Part shown: piece by piece, positions 30,137 through 39,437 of the stretch
Layout: the number at the start of each line of letters is the position of its first letter
How positions within the stretch are numbered: the first letter of the stretch is position 1
Source: an uncultured Oscillospiraceae bacterium
GTDB lineage: Bacteria; Bacillota; Clostridia; Monoglobales; Monoglobaceae
Reading direction: 5' to 3'
Length of the DNA stretch: 64,000 bases
Assembly (NCBI GenBank): GCA_964442605.1
Contig: CAYTZR010000002.1
Coordinates: 11,387-75,386 of the forward strand
Position numbers and translations under genes: made by a program
The notes under the pieces: generated by a model
Told to the model about the DNA's origin: nothing
The model's input: the letters and a program-made list of their open reading frames with translations, nothing else
The model's database searches: none

Positions 30137-31315
30137 ATGAATGAGATGCAACTAAAATACGGCTGTAACCCTAACCAAAAGCCATCGAGAGTATTTATGA
30201 ATGACGGCAGCGATTTACCTATTACCGTTCTTTGCGGCAAGCCGGGATATATTAATCTTCTTGACGCGCTGAACGGCTGGCAGCTTGTTAAGGAGCTTAA
30301 AAAGGCAACGGGACTGCCCGCCGCGACTTCTTTTAAGCATGTATCGCCTGCCGGCGCGGCGGTGGGACTTCCGCTTTCGGACACATTAAAGAAGATATAT
30401 TTTGTTGATGAGTCGGCGGAGCTGACCCCGCTTGCCAACGCATACGCGCGAGCGAGAGGCGCGGACAGAATGTCATCGTTCGGTGATTTTATCGCTCTTT
30501 CGGACGAATGCGACAAGGCGACTGCGCTTCTTATTAAGAAAGAGGTATCAGACGGCGTAATCGCGCTGGGATACAGCGATGAGGCTCTTGAAATTCTCAA
30601 GTCTAAGAAAAAGGGGAACTATAATATTATTAAGATTGATTCTGATTATGTTCCCGCCGAAATTGAAAGAAAGCAGGTTTTCGGCGTGACCTTTGAGCAG
30701 GGAAGGAACGAGCTTGATATCAATGATGGGCTTTTGTCAAACGTTGTCACTGAGAACAAGACTCTTTCGGATGAAGCGAAGCGAGACCTTAAGATTGCGC
30801 TTATTACGCTTAAGTATACGCAGTCAAACAGTGTTTGCTACGCGAAGGACGGACAGGCAATCGGTATAGGCGCGGGACAGCAGTCGCGTATTCATTGCAC
30901 AAGGCTTGCCGGAAACAAGGCGGACATATGGTGGCTCAGGCAAGCGCCTCAGGTTCTCGCGCTTGAATTTGTCGATGGTATAAAGAGAGCCGACAGAGAC
31001 AATGCGATCGATGTATATATTTCCGATGAATATATGGACGTTTTGGCGGACGGCATATGGGAGACAAGGTTTAAGACAAAGCCTCCGGTGTTTACAAAGG
31101 AGGAGCAGCGCGAGTGGCTAAAGAAGAACACAAACGTTTCCCTTGGCAGCGACGCGTTCTTCCCGTTCGGCGATAATATCGAAAGAGCGCATAAGTCGGG
31201 CGTAACCTCCATAGCGCAGCCGGGCGGCTCAATCAGGGATGATAACGTAATCAAAACCTGCGACGCTTACGGCATAGCAATGGCGTTTACGGGCATTCGA
31301 CTGTTCCATCATTAA
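30137..31315 (+). CDS. purH: AICAR transformylase (PurH C-terminal domain only)
   Basis: LKYGCNPNQ, SFKHVSPAG, YTQSNSV, GQQSRIHC, SDAFFPF, QPGGSIRD, RLFHH. Confidence 0.93.
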   Translation: MNEMQLKYGCNPNQKPSRVFMNDGSDLPITVLCGKPGYINLLDALNGWQLVKELKKATGLPAATSFKHVSPAGAAVGLPLSDTLKKIYFVDESAELTPLANAYARARGADRMSSFGDFIALSDECDKATALLIKKEVSDGVIALGYSDEALEILKSKKKGNYNIIKIDSDYVPAEIERKQVFGVTFEQGRNELDINDGLLSNVVTENKTLSDEAKRDLKIALITLKYTQSNSVCYAKDGQAIGIGAGQQSRIHCTRLAGNKADIWWLRQAPQVLALEFVDGIKRADRDNAIDVYISDEYMDVLADGIWETRFKTKPPVFTKEEQREWLKKNTNVSLGSDAFFPFGDNIERAHKSGVTSIAQPGGSIRDDNVIKTCDAYGIAMAFTGIRLFHH

Positions 31316-31327
31316 TACTATACAACC

Positions 31328-31362
31328 CACTCAAGCCCGCTTTTGGGCTTGAGTGATTTTTT
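31328..31362 (+). terminator. Intrinsic terminator of the pur operon
   Basis: CACTCAAGCCC-GCTTTT-GGGCTTGAGTG followed by a T tract. Confidence 0.85.
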
Positions 31363-31447
31363 AGCTGAATTTAAATTGAATTTTGTATTAAAATTTGATA
31401 TTGCAATTTAGGAAATGAAAATTGCGAAAAAACGGCAAAATTAGGTA

Positions 31448-31476
31448 TTGTGCAAAACTGATTTTTGTGGTATAAT
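31448..31476 (+). promoter_or_regulatory. Promoter of tRNA-Arg
   Basis: TTGTGC-17 nt-TATAAT with an extended -10 TG. Confidence 0.55.
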
Positions 31477-31491
31477 ATTTGCATTGAATAT

Positions 31492-31568
31492 GTGTCCGTA
31501 GCTCAGCTGGATAGAGTGTCAGACTCCGACTCTGAAGGTCACGGGTTCAAATCCCGTCGGGCATACCA
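31492..31568 (+). tRNA. tRNA-Arg (anticodon CCG), CCA encoded
   Basis: Cloverleaf: GTGTCCG/CGGGCAT acceptor stem, GCTC/GAGT D stem with A20, TCAGA-CTCCGAC-TCTGA anticodon arm, ACGGG-TTCAAAT-CCCGT T arm, ACCA. Confidence 0.96.
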
Positions 31569-31583
31569 CGTTGTTTATTAAAA

Positions 31584-31639
31584 TTTATAAGGCATGAACC
31601 TGATGCGCAGCTCCGGTCAATTTCGCCCGCCGAACCCGG
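31584..31639 (+). repeat. Left copy of a 56-bp inverted repeat (partner at 33863-33918)
   Basis: Ungapped manual alignment to the reverse complement of 33863-33918 gives 50/56 identities. Confidence 0.9.
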
Positions 31640-31643
31640 CGCA

Positions 31644-31718
31644 GCAAAGCTTTTGCGACTTTACTGCCGCTTAAGAAGTGGCGGCACACCGTAGGCGGCA
31701 AAGTCGCAAAAGCTTTGC
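31644..31718. repeat. REP/MITE-like hairpin with perfect 19-bp arms GCAAAGCTTTTGCGACTTT
   Basis: Arms at 31644-31662 and 31700-31718; further arm copies at 33542-33554 and 33763-33784. Confidence 0.85.
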
Positions 31719-31834
31719 AAGCACATTAATTATGTTACTTTTTTCTAAAGAAAGTGCCATAAGTACAAGCGGCATGCTCTTAATTATTCAGTTTGCCGTC
31801 CGCAGGAGATACAATAAACGATATTATATAAAAA

Positions 31835-32073
31835 GTCTTACATAAAAAAAGCCATGTAAGACATTTTGTAAGACTTTTTTTAACGTTTTCACGGCGTTTG
31901 AGGGCAATGTCTTACAAGTCTTACAAGTCTTACATGATTTTAATATATATATATAAAACTTTTTAAAATATAGGGGTATCCTTTCGGATTTTATGTAAGA
32001 CTGTAAGACCCAACGTTTTCACGGGCTTTATCGGGTTTTTTTATGTAAGACCCATCTAAGACCCATGTAAGAC
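31835..32073. repeat. Iteron-like array of GTCTTACA/TGTAAGAC around an AT-rich core (origin-like)
   Basis: 10 exact 8-mers (31835, 31855, 31867, 31909, 31918, 31927, 31994, 32002, 32044, 32066) plus 1 variant (32055); AACGTTTTCACGG twice (31882, 32012); (TA)n core near 31942-31955. Confidence 0.85.
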
Positions 32074-32101
32074 CATTATAGAAAATATAAGATATCCGGG
32101 C

Positions 32102-32144
32102 AAAAAATATCCCGCAGTGAGTGTTAGGCTCAAAGCGGGATTTT
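32102..32144 (-). terminator. Terminator downstream of eno
   Basis: ATCCCGC/GCGGGAT stem with inner TGAG/CTCA, A and T tracts on both sides. Confidence 0.7.
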
Positions 32145-32154
32145 AATTTTAAAA

Positions 32155-33468
<1,314 letters not shown>

Positions 33469-33862
33469 TCATAAATTATAATTTTATTAACTAATAAACT
33501 ACAGCGTGTAGCGTGTCGATAAATTTAAAATAATATATTTTGCAAAGCTTTTGCTACCGCAGCATCCGGCGAACAGTTCGTGTCCGGCGCGAAAGCAGTA
33601 AGCGGTTACGCTTAAAGTAACAGGATTTGGAATAAATGTAAGTATAAGGCTATTCATTAATTACATCTTGCCCTTACAGGGCAGTCGCCTGCGCGCCTCA
33701 CGTGTTCGCTAACGCTCACCTACCGAAGCTTGCATTGCCACTCGCGGAGTGGCATAGAGAACCGGCAAAGTCGCAAAAGCTTTGTTGTGCTAGGCAAGAA
33801 TATAGCAGTCCATTAGGACAAAAAATCAGGAATAAGGCACTATACAAGGTTTGGCACCCCGC

Positions 33863-33918
33863 CCGGGTTCGGCGAGCGGGAGTGACCGGAGCTGCGCAGC
33901 AGGTTCGTGCCTTATAAA
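33863..33918 (-). repeat. Right copy of the 56-bp inverted repeat (partner at 31584-31639)
   Basis: Reverse complement reads TTTATAAGGCACGAACCTGCTGCGCAGCTCCGGTCACTCCCGCTCGCCGAACCCGG. Confidence 0.9.
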
Positions 33919-34071
33919 GCAGTCCATTTTATCACATAAACGAGGTCACAAACCATTAGCATGCTTATATATGCTGGGCTAGGCTCGTACAAAGCAGTCC
34001 TTTTCATCATATTCATCACAGATAATAATTTCCAAAATCATAAATAATATACTTAAATATAAATAAAATAA

Positions 34072-34101
34072 AAATCCGAATATCGAAAGATACTCGGATT
34101 T
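34072..34101 (-). terminator. Terminator downstream of the DUF624 gene
   Basis: AAATCCGAATATC-GAAA-GATACTCGGATTT stem with an A tract on the + strand (U tract on -). Confidence 0.65.
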
Positions 34102-34132
34102 GAAGATAAAGATACTTGGATTTATATAAAAA

Positions 34133-35101
34133 CTAATATAATTTTCTGTAGTTCACAGGCGCGGCGTCCTTTTCAAAGTTTTCCTTTTCCTCAACATTGG
34201 CAGAGTCATCAATATGGTTTCTTATCTGACATTCGGCGTTATAGCTTACTATAAATCCGCAAAACGAATAGAGCAGGAACAGGGCAAGCAGCAGATAAAT
34301 CGGTACAAGCATAGTGAGCGCGATTGATGAAAAGAAGAATATACCGACATACAAAATGCCTATCGTCAATATACCGAGGATTATCAATACCAAAAAAGTG
34401 TATGGCAGACTTACCAGCGAAAACAGAGCCGAGTTGCGCAGCAGCTGACCGAACTTAAGCTTGTATCTTACCATGAGCGGATATATAAACAGATGCACCA
34501 TAAAGTAAAACAGGAATAAGCAATAGACTATGTACTTCGCGTATTTTAATATATTCGTCTGCGAGGAATAGAAGTAAATCGCATAGAAGAATACAAACAT
34601 AAATACAAGGTCTATAATATAAACCAAAATACCCTGCTTAAAATTGTCCTTGAAGGCATCCCAAAAGTCGCTCCATATAAAAGCGTTTTCCTCACGGGCA
34701 TAGTTTCTGAGTATATAATGCATACCGGCGGTCGCGGGACCCATACCCCAGAAAACGGTAAACAGCAGCGCGGTGACAAATCTTATGCCTATATCAAGTA
34801 TCCTGTATATAAATAAGTAGTCAGCGTTCGCTATATCAGGCTCGCTCAGTCCTACAATGCTCGCAATCTCATTCGGAAACGTGCCGAAGACGGCGTTTGA
34901 GAAAACACCCGCCGCGAAAAATACAATCAGGAAAGTAGGGATATTGGCGAGGCAAAACAGCAAATTAACCTGTATAAGCTTCCAGAACTTCCTGAAAAAT
35001 ATCTCAAAAAACAGAACAATACCCTCGCTGTGCGGCTCTGACGGGTCAACACCTTTACCGGGCTTGTTGTAACCCTTTGTACTAAAACTGAAAACACCCA
35101 T
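34133..35101 (-). CDS. DUF624/YesL family integral membrane protein
   Basis: KPGKGV..FFEIFFRKFWKLIQVN, GPATAGMHYILRNYARE, WSDFWDAFKDNFKQ; several TM segments. Confidence 0.8.
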   Translation of the reverse strand: MGVFSFSTKGYNKPGKGVDPSEPHSEGIVLFFEIFFRKFWKLIQVNLLFCLANIPTFLIVFFAAGVFSNAVFGTFPNEIASIVGLSEPDIANADYLFIYRILDIGIRFVTALLFTVFWGMGPATAGMHYILRNYAREENAFIWSDFWDAFKDNFKQGILVYIIDLVFMFVFFYAIYFYSSQTNILKYAKYIVYCLFLFYFMVHLFIYPLMVRYKLKFGQLLRNSALFSLVSLPYTFLVLIILGILTIGILYVGIFFFSSIALTMLVPIYLLLALFLLYSFCGFIVSYNAECQIRNHIDDSANVEEKENFEKDAAPVNYRKLY

Positions 35102-35197
35102 AAAAATCTCCATTCTGCCGCTCCGCAACGGCACACATAGTATTACATATCTCTTATCAGCGGAGGAGGAATGATAAGAGATTTAAATCAATAATCG

Positions 35198-35275
35198 AAA
35201 ATATTGCAAAAAATATTGCAAAAAATATTGTAAAAAATATTACAAAAAATATATATTACAAAGAATATTACGAAA
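35198..35275. repeat. Degenerate 12-nt tandem repeat AAAAAATATT(G/A)C, about 6 copies
   Basis: Seen directly in the sequence. Confidence 0.75.
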
Positions 35276-35332
35276 TATATTATAGCATATCAAAAAATAA
35301 AATGCAATATTAAAGCATAACGATTTTAGCGG

Positions 35333-35361
35333 TTGACAAAAATTTTATGGTTTGGTATAAT
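35333..35361 (+). promoter_or_regulatory. Consensus sigmaA promoter of gatCAB
   Basis: TTGACA-17 nt-TATAAT with TG at the extended -10. Confidence 0.8.
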
Positions 35362-35407
35362 AAACCCTAATAATTAAACATTATTCTATAACGAAAAGAG
35401 TGATATT

Positions 35408-35695
35408 ATGGAAATAACCAAGGATATGGTTTCGTATGTCGCCGAGCTGTCCAGACTTAAGCTGACCGATGAACAGGCAGAGGATGTAAGACACGGTTTG
35501 GGAGAAATTATCGGCTATATGGATGTTTTGAACAACATTGACACAGAGGGCGTAGAGCCTATGTCGCACGCTTTCGCGGTTAAAAACGTCATGCGTGAGG
35601 ATAAAGTAAAGCCGAGTCACGACAGGGCGGAGCTTCTTAAAAACGCGCCCAAATCGGACGATGAAGCTATTATTGTTCCGAAAACCGTTGAATAA
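35408..35695 (+). CDS. gatC: Asp/Glu-tRNA amidotransferase subunit C
   Basis: VAELSRL, IDTEGVEPMSH, NVMRED, LKNAP..IVPK. Confidence 0.95.
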   Translation: MEITKDMVSYVAELSRLKLTDEQAEDVRHGLGEIIGYMDVLNNIDTEGVEPMSHAFAVKNVMREDKVKPSHDRAELLKNAPKSDDEAIIVPKTVE

Positions 35696-35738
35696 TAAAA
35701 CAAATAATAAAACAATAAGATAAATAATAAGATGATTT

Positions 35739-35855
35739 AATTTTATTTGATTTAAAAATTTTATTTGATTTAAAAATTTTATTTTATCTGAAATTTTATT
35801 TGACTTGTTAATTTGAGATAAGAGAAAGAATTATTGTAAGAGAAAGAATTATTGA
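35739..35855. repeat. Two 18-nt tandem repeats in the gatC-gatA spacer
   Basis: AATTTTATTTGATTTAAA x2 plus degenerate copies; TAAGAGAAAGAATTATTG x2. Confidence 0.75.
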
Positions 35856-35885
35856 CGGAAGTATTTTGACGAAAGGATTTTGCAT

Positions 35886-37367
35886 ATGAATATTACTGGA
35901 TTGACCGCTCTTGAGCTGGGCAAAAGAATAAAAAGCGGTGATATCAAGGTTGCTGAGGCGACACGCGCCGTGCTTGATGAGATAAAGAAAAAAGACGGAG
36001 AAATCAACGCGTATATTACCGTTATCGAGGACGAGGCTTTAAAGCGTGCAGAGGAGGTACAGGCGAAAATTAACGCCGGAGAGCTTGATAATTCCCCTCT
36101 CGCCGGTGTTCCCGTCGCTATTAAGGATAATATCTCGACTAAGGGAATTAAGACAAGCTGCGCGTCAAAAATTTTGGGTGATTTTAAGCCTCCCTATAAC
36201 GCAGCCGTAATTGATAAGCTCAGCGACGCGGGAGCGGTAATTGTCGGTAAGCTGAACATGGATGAGTTCGCTATGGGCAGTACGGGCGAGACGTCATACT
36301 ACGGTGAAACAAAAAATCCGTGGGACACAAGCAGGGTTCCGGGAGGTTCCTCAAGCGGTGCGGCAGCGGCTGTTGCCTCGTGTATGGCTCCGTATGCTCT
36401 CGGCTCCGACACGGGCGGGAGTATAAGACAGCCCGCATCGTACTGCGGCGTTACCGGTATGAAGCCGACATACGGCGCGGTTTCGCGTTACGGTCTGATT
36501 GCTTACGCGTCATCGCTTGACCAAATCGGACCCGTGGCAAAGGATACTGCCGATTGTGCCGCGATTTTGGATATTATTTGCGGCAAGGACGAAATGGACG
36601 GTACATCTCTTGATATAGAGCATAAAAGCTATCTGGGCAGCCTTTCGGGCGATGTTGCCGGTCTGAAAATAGGAATACCATCTCAATGCTTTGGCGATGG
36701 ACTGAGCGGCGATGTTAAGGACGCTGTTTTGGGCGTTGCGGAAGCCCTGAAATCCAAGGGCGCGGAAGCTGAAGAGTTCGATATGCCGATTATAGACTAT
36801 GTTGTTCCGACGTACTATATCATCGCTTCGGCAGAGGCAAGCTCCAATCTTTCGAGGTTCGATGGTGTAAAGTACGGCTTTAGGGCTGAGGAATTTGAGG
36901 ACTTAACCGACCTTTACATGTCAACCAGAAGCGAGGGCTTCGGTGAGGAGGTAAAGCGCAGAATTATGCTGGGGACATTTGCATTGTCAACAGGATATTA
37001 CGACGCGTATTACAAGAAGGCTTTACAGGTTAAGGCGCTTATTAAAAAGGCGTTTGACGATGCGTATGAGAAATATGATGTTATTCTTTTCCCCGCTGCT
37101 CCGTCAACAGCTCCGAAAATCGGCTCAAGCTTATCCGATCCGCTGAAAATGTACCTGTCGGATATTTATACCGTATCCGTTAATCTCGCGGGTTTGCCGG
37201 GAATTACCGTTCCCTGCGGATTTGATAAGGGCGGAATGCCGATTGGAGCCCAGCTTGTCGGCGCGGCGCTGAATGACCATGTGATTTTAAACGCTGCGTA
37301 TACTTATCAGCAAGCAACCGGCTATCATAAGATGGCAGCCGAGAAGTTCGGAAAGGAGGCGGAGTAA
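35886..37367 (+). CDS. gatA: Asp/Glu-tRNA amidotransferase subunit A
   Basis: Amidase signature GKLNMDEFAMGS, PGGSSSG, GSDTGGSIRQPAS; SSNLSRFDGVKYG. Confidence 0.97.
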   Translation: MNITGLTALELGKRIKSGDIKVAEATRAVLDEIKKKDGEINAYITVIEDEALKRAEEVQAKINAGELDNSPLAGVPVAIKDNISTKGIKTSCASKILGDFKPPYNAAVIDKLSDAGAVIVGKLNMDEFAMGSTGETSYYGETKNPWDTSRVPGGSSSGAAAAVASCMAPYALGSDTGGSIRQPASYCGVTGMKPTYGAVSRYGLIAYASSLDQIGPVAKDTADCAAILDIICGKDEMDGTSLDIEHKSYLGSLSGDVAGLKIGIPSQCFGDGLSGDVKDAVLGVAEALKSKGAEAEEFDMPIIDYVVPTYYIIASAEASSNLSRFDGVKYGFRAEEFEDLTDLYMSTRSEGFGEEVKRRIMLGTFALSTGYYDAYYKKALQVKALIKKAFDDAYEKYDVILFPAAPSTAPKIGSSLSDPLKMYLSDIYTVSVNLAGLPGITVPCGFDKGGMPIGAQLVGAALNDHVILNAAYTYQQATGYHKMAAEKFGKEAE

Positions 37368-37368
37368 T

Positions 37369-38799
37369 ATGGCATGGGAAACCGTTATGGGTCTTGAGGT
37401 TCATGTTGAGCTTGCGACAAAATCCAAAATATTTTGCTCTTGTACTACGGAATTCGGCGGCGAGCCTAATACGCACTGCTGCCCAATATGTACAGGAATG
37501 CCAGGAACGCTGCCTGTTGTAAACAAGCAGGTGGTAAACTTTGCGATGAAAGCGGGTATCGCTTTAAACTGTGATATTACGCGCTATAATAAATTTGACA
37601 GAAAGAACTATTTTTATCCCGACCTTCCAAAGGCGTATCAGATTTCACAGCTTTATCTTCCGATTTGTCAAAACGGACGCGTGTCCATAGAAACTGAGGA
37701 CGGCGTGAAAAAGGACGTAAGGATACATGAAATTCACATGGAGGAGGATGCCGGCAAGCTTATTCATGATGAGTTCAATGATGAAACCAAGTGCGACTAT
37801 AACCGCTGCGGTGTTCCGCTTATAGAGATTGTGAGCGAGCCTGATTTCAGAAGCGCCGATGAGGTTATCGCGTATCTTACCAAGCTGAAATCAACGCTTG
37901 AATATTTAGGCGTGTCCGACTGTAAAATGCAGGAGGGCTCAATGCGCGCTGACGTTAATCTCTCCGTCAGAAGGATTGGTGAGGAGTTCGGCACCAGAAC
38001 GGAGATGAAGAACTTAAACTCGTTTAAGGCAATTGCGAAAGCAATCAAGTTTGAATCAAAACGTCAGATTGACGTTATAGAACGCGGAGGCAGGGTAGTT
38101 CAGGAAACAAGACGCTGGGATGATAACAAGGACAAGAGCTACGCGATGCGCAGCAAGGAAAACGCCCAGGATTACAGATACTTTCCGGAGCCCGATATTC
38201 CGCCGATTGAGATTGACGATGAATGGTTTGACTCAATAAAAAACAGTCTGCCTGAGCTTGCCGAGGCTAAGAAACAGCGTTATATCAGCGAATTCGGTCT
38301 GCCCGAATATGATGCGAACATGATAACCGGTCAAAAGGCGCTTGCCGACTTTTTCGAGGAAACAACCGCGCTTTGCGGCAATCCCAAAGAGGTTTCAAAT
38401 TGGATTATGGGCGAGCTGATGAGAAAGCTGAGCGATGAGGGCATAGAGGCAAAGAATATGAAGCTGACCCCATCGGCTCTCGCGAAGCTTATTGAGCTTG
38501 TCGGAAAGAAAACCATTAACCGCAACAAGGCGAAGGAAATATTCGGTATCGCCTTTAATGAGGATTTGGATGTTGAAAAATACGTTAAGGACAATAATTT
38601 GGAGCAGGTAAGCGATGAGGGATTGGTTCTTGAAACGGTTAAAAGGGTTATTGAAAACAACCCGAAGGCTATGCAGGACTACACCTCCGGCAATAAAAAG
38701 GCAATCGGATTTTTAATGGGTCAATGCATGAAGGAATTAAAAGGCAAGGGCGATCCGAGCGTGGTAAATAAGCTTTTAAGCCAAGAGCTGAATAAGTGA
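37369..38799 (+). CDS. gatB: Asp/Glu-tRNA amidotransferase subunit B
   Basis: GLEVHVEL, FDRKNYFYPDLPKAYQISQ, HMEEDAGK, DYRYFPEPD. Confidence 0.98.
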   Translation: MAWETVMGLEVHVELATKSKIFCSCTTEFGGEPNTHCCPICTGMPGTLPVVNKQVVNFAMKAGIALNCDITRYNKFDRKNYFYPDLPKAYQISQLYLPICQNGRVSIETEDGVKKDVRIHEIHMEEDAGKLIHDEFNDETKCDYNRCGVPLIEIVSEPDFRSADEVIAYLTKLKSTLEYLGVSDCKMQEGSMRADVNLSVRRIGEEFGTRTEMKNLNSFKAIAKAIKFESKRQIDVIERGGRVVQETRRWDDNKDKSYAMRSKENAQDYRYFPEPDIPPIEIDDEWFDSIKNSLPELAEAKKQRYISEFGLPEYDANMITGQKALADFFEETTALCGNPKEVSNWIMGELMRKLSDEGIEAKNMKLTPSALAKLIELVGKKTINRNKAKEIFGIAFNEDLDVEKYVKDNNLEQVSDEGLVLETVKRVIENNPKAMQDYTSGNKKAIGFLMGQCMKELKGKGDPSVVNKLLSQELNK

Positions 38800-38930
38800 T
38801 TGGATAATAAAAATCCGCCCTCAGTCGGGCGTGAGATAAAACAGTAAGTCATGATTTTCGGGGAATGGCGCGGCTTAAGCTACGCCATTCCTCAAATTTG
38901 TTTTGAAACAACGACATTGGCAGGAGAAGA

Positions 38931-39103
38931 ATGTACGAATTACATCAAGTCGGAGAATTACATTAAGTCGGAGAGTTACATCAAGTCGGAGAGAACAGCT
39001 TTTACATACAAAGTCCCTCTAAAATCGGTCTTGTTAAGCTGAACGATACAATGTTTGTCTTATTGACAGCGGAAATGATAAAAACGCGGGGCGAGTTGTC
39101 TTG
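38931..39103 (+). pseudogene. 5' remnant of an MBL-fold metallo-hydrolase gene with a tandem triplication, a premature stop and a frameshift
   Basis: AGGAG RBS and ATG 38931 give MYELHQVGELH*VGELHQVGENSFYIQSPSKIGLVKLNDT; after a 1-nt shift the frame reads VCLIDSGNDKNAGRVVL. This resembles the N-terminus of clostridial MBL hydrolases (family recalled from memory). Confidence 0.7.
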
Positions 39104-39185
39104 ACGTTTTTTACCCGAACTATTTTATGTTATACCGCGCTGTTTTAGTTATAACGCCGTTGAAGCAGGTTTTTTACCGGTTTTA

Positions 39186-39392
39186 TCAGTTTTTAAACAG
39201 TGTGTTCATCATGTCCTGTATATGCTGCTTTCGCCGCTGTGTTTCATCGCTGTCTATTGTGATTGATACAACATCACCCTCTACGGCGCCCGACGGCAAA
39301 AGCTCAATCGGCATATTTATCGTTTTATTATCTGCTTCAGCCAATTCGACAACCGCGAATTCACCTTCAAATCTGTCTATTGTTACTTTCAT
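39186..39392 (-). CDS. DUF3006 family protein
   Basis: IDRFEGEFAVVE, LPSGAVEGDV, ETQRRKQHIQDMMNTLF; AGGAGG RBS. Confidence 0.88.
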   Translation of the reverse strand: MKVTIDRFEGEFAVVELAEADNKTINMPIELLPSGAVEGDVVSITIDSDETQRRKQHIQDMMNTLFKN

Positions 39393-39437
39393 GTTATCCT
39401 CCTTGATTTACTAAATTTAGATTTATTGAATTTAGAT

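Noticed and set aside
31492-31568. Possible CGG codon reassignment (reported in some Clostridia) suggested by the odd tRNA(CCG)
   Set aside because: The tRNA keeps the Arg identity element A20 and A73, and CGG encodes the conserved Arg of SecA ERHES at 6311-6313
31835-32073. CRISPR array
   Set aside because: Repeats are 8 nt, occur in both orientations with irregular spacing, and there are no cas genes
33542-33610. c-di-GMP-I riboswitch (GCAAA..GAAA-like words)
   Set aside because: The stems and the order of conserved motifs do not fit; the GCAAAGCTTTTGC word is explained by the repeat arm
33702-33917. 71-aa ORF as a mobility gene of the eno segment
   Set aside because: No RBS, it runs through palindromic repeats, and it has no transposase or recombinase motifs
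35815-35860. TRAP-binding (G/U)AG repeat tract before gatA
   Set aside because: The triplets lack a consistent 5-nt period and are explained by an 18-nt duplication
38937-38993. Mini-CRISPR, or the 63-aa ORF 38851..39042 as a real gene
   Set aside because: The units are contiguous 18-mers without spacers; a different frame has the RBS and the recognisable hydrolase N-terminus
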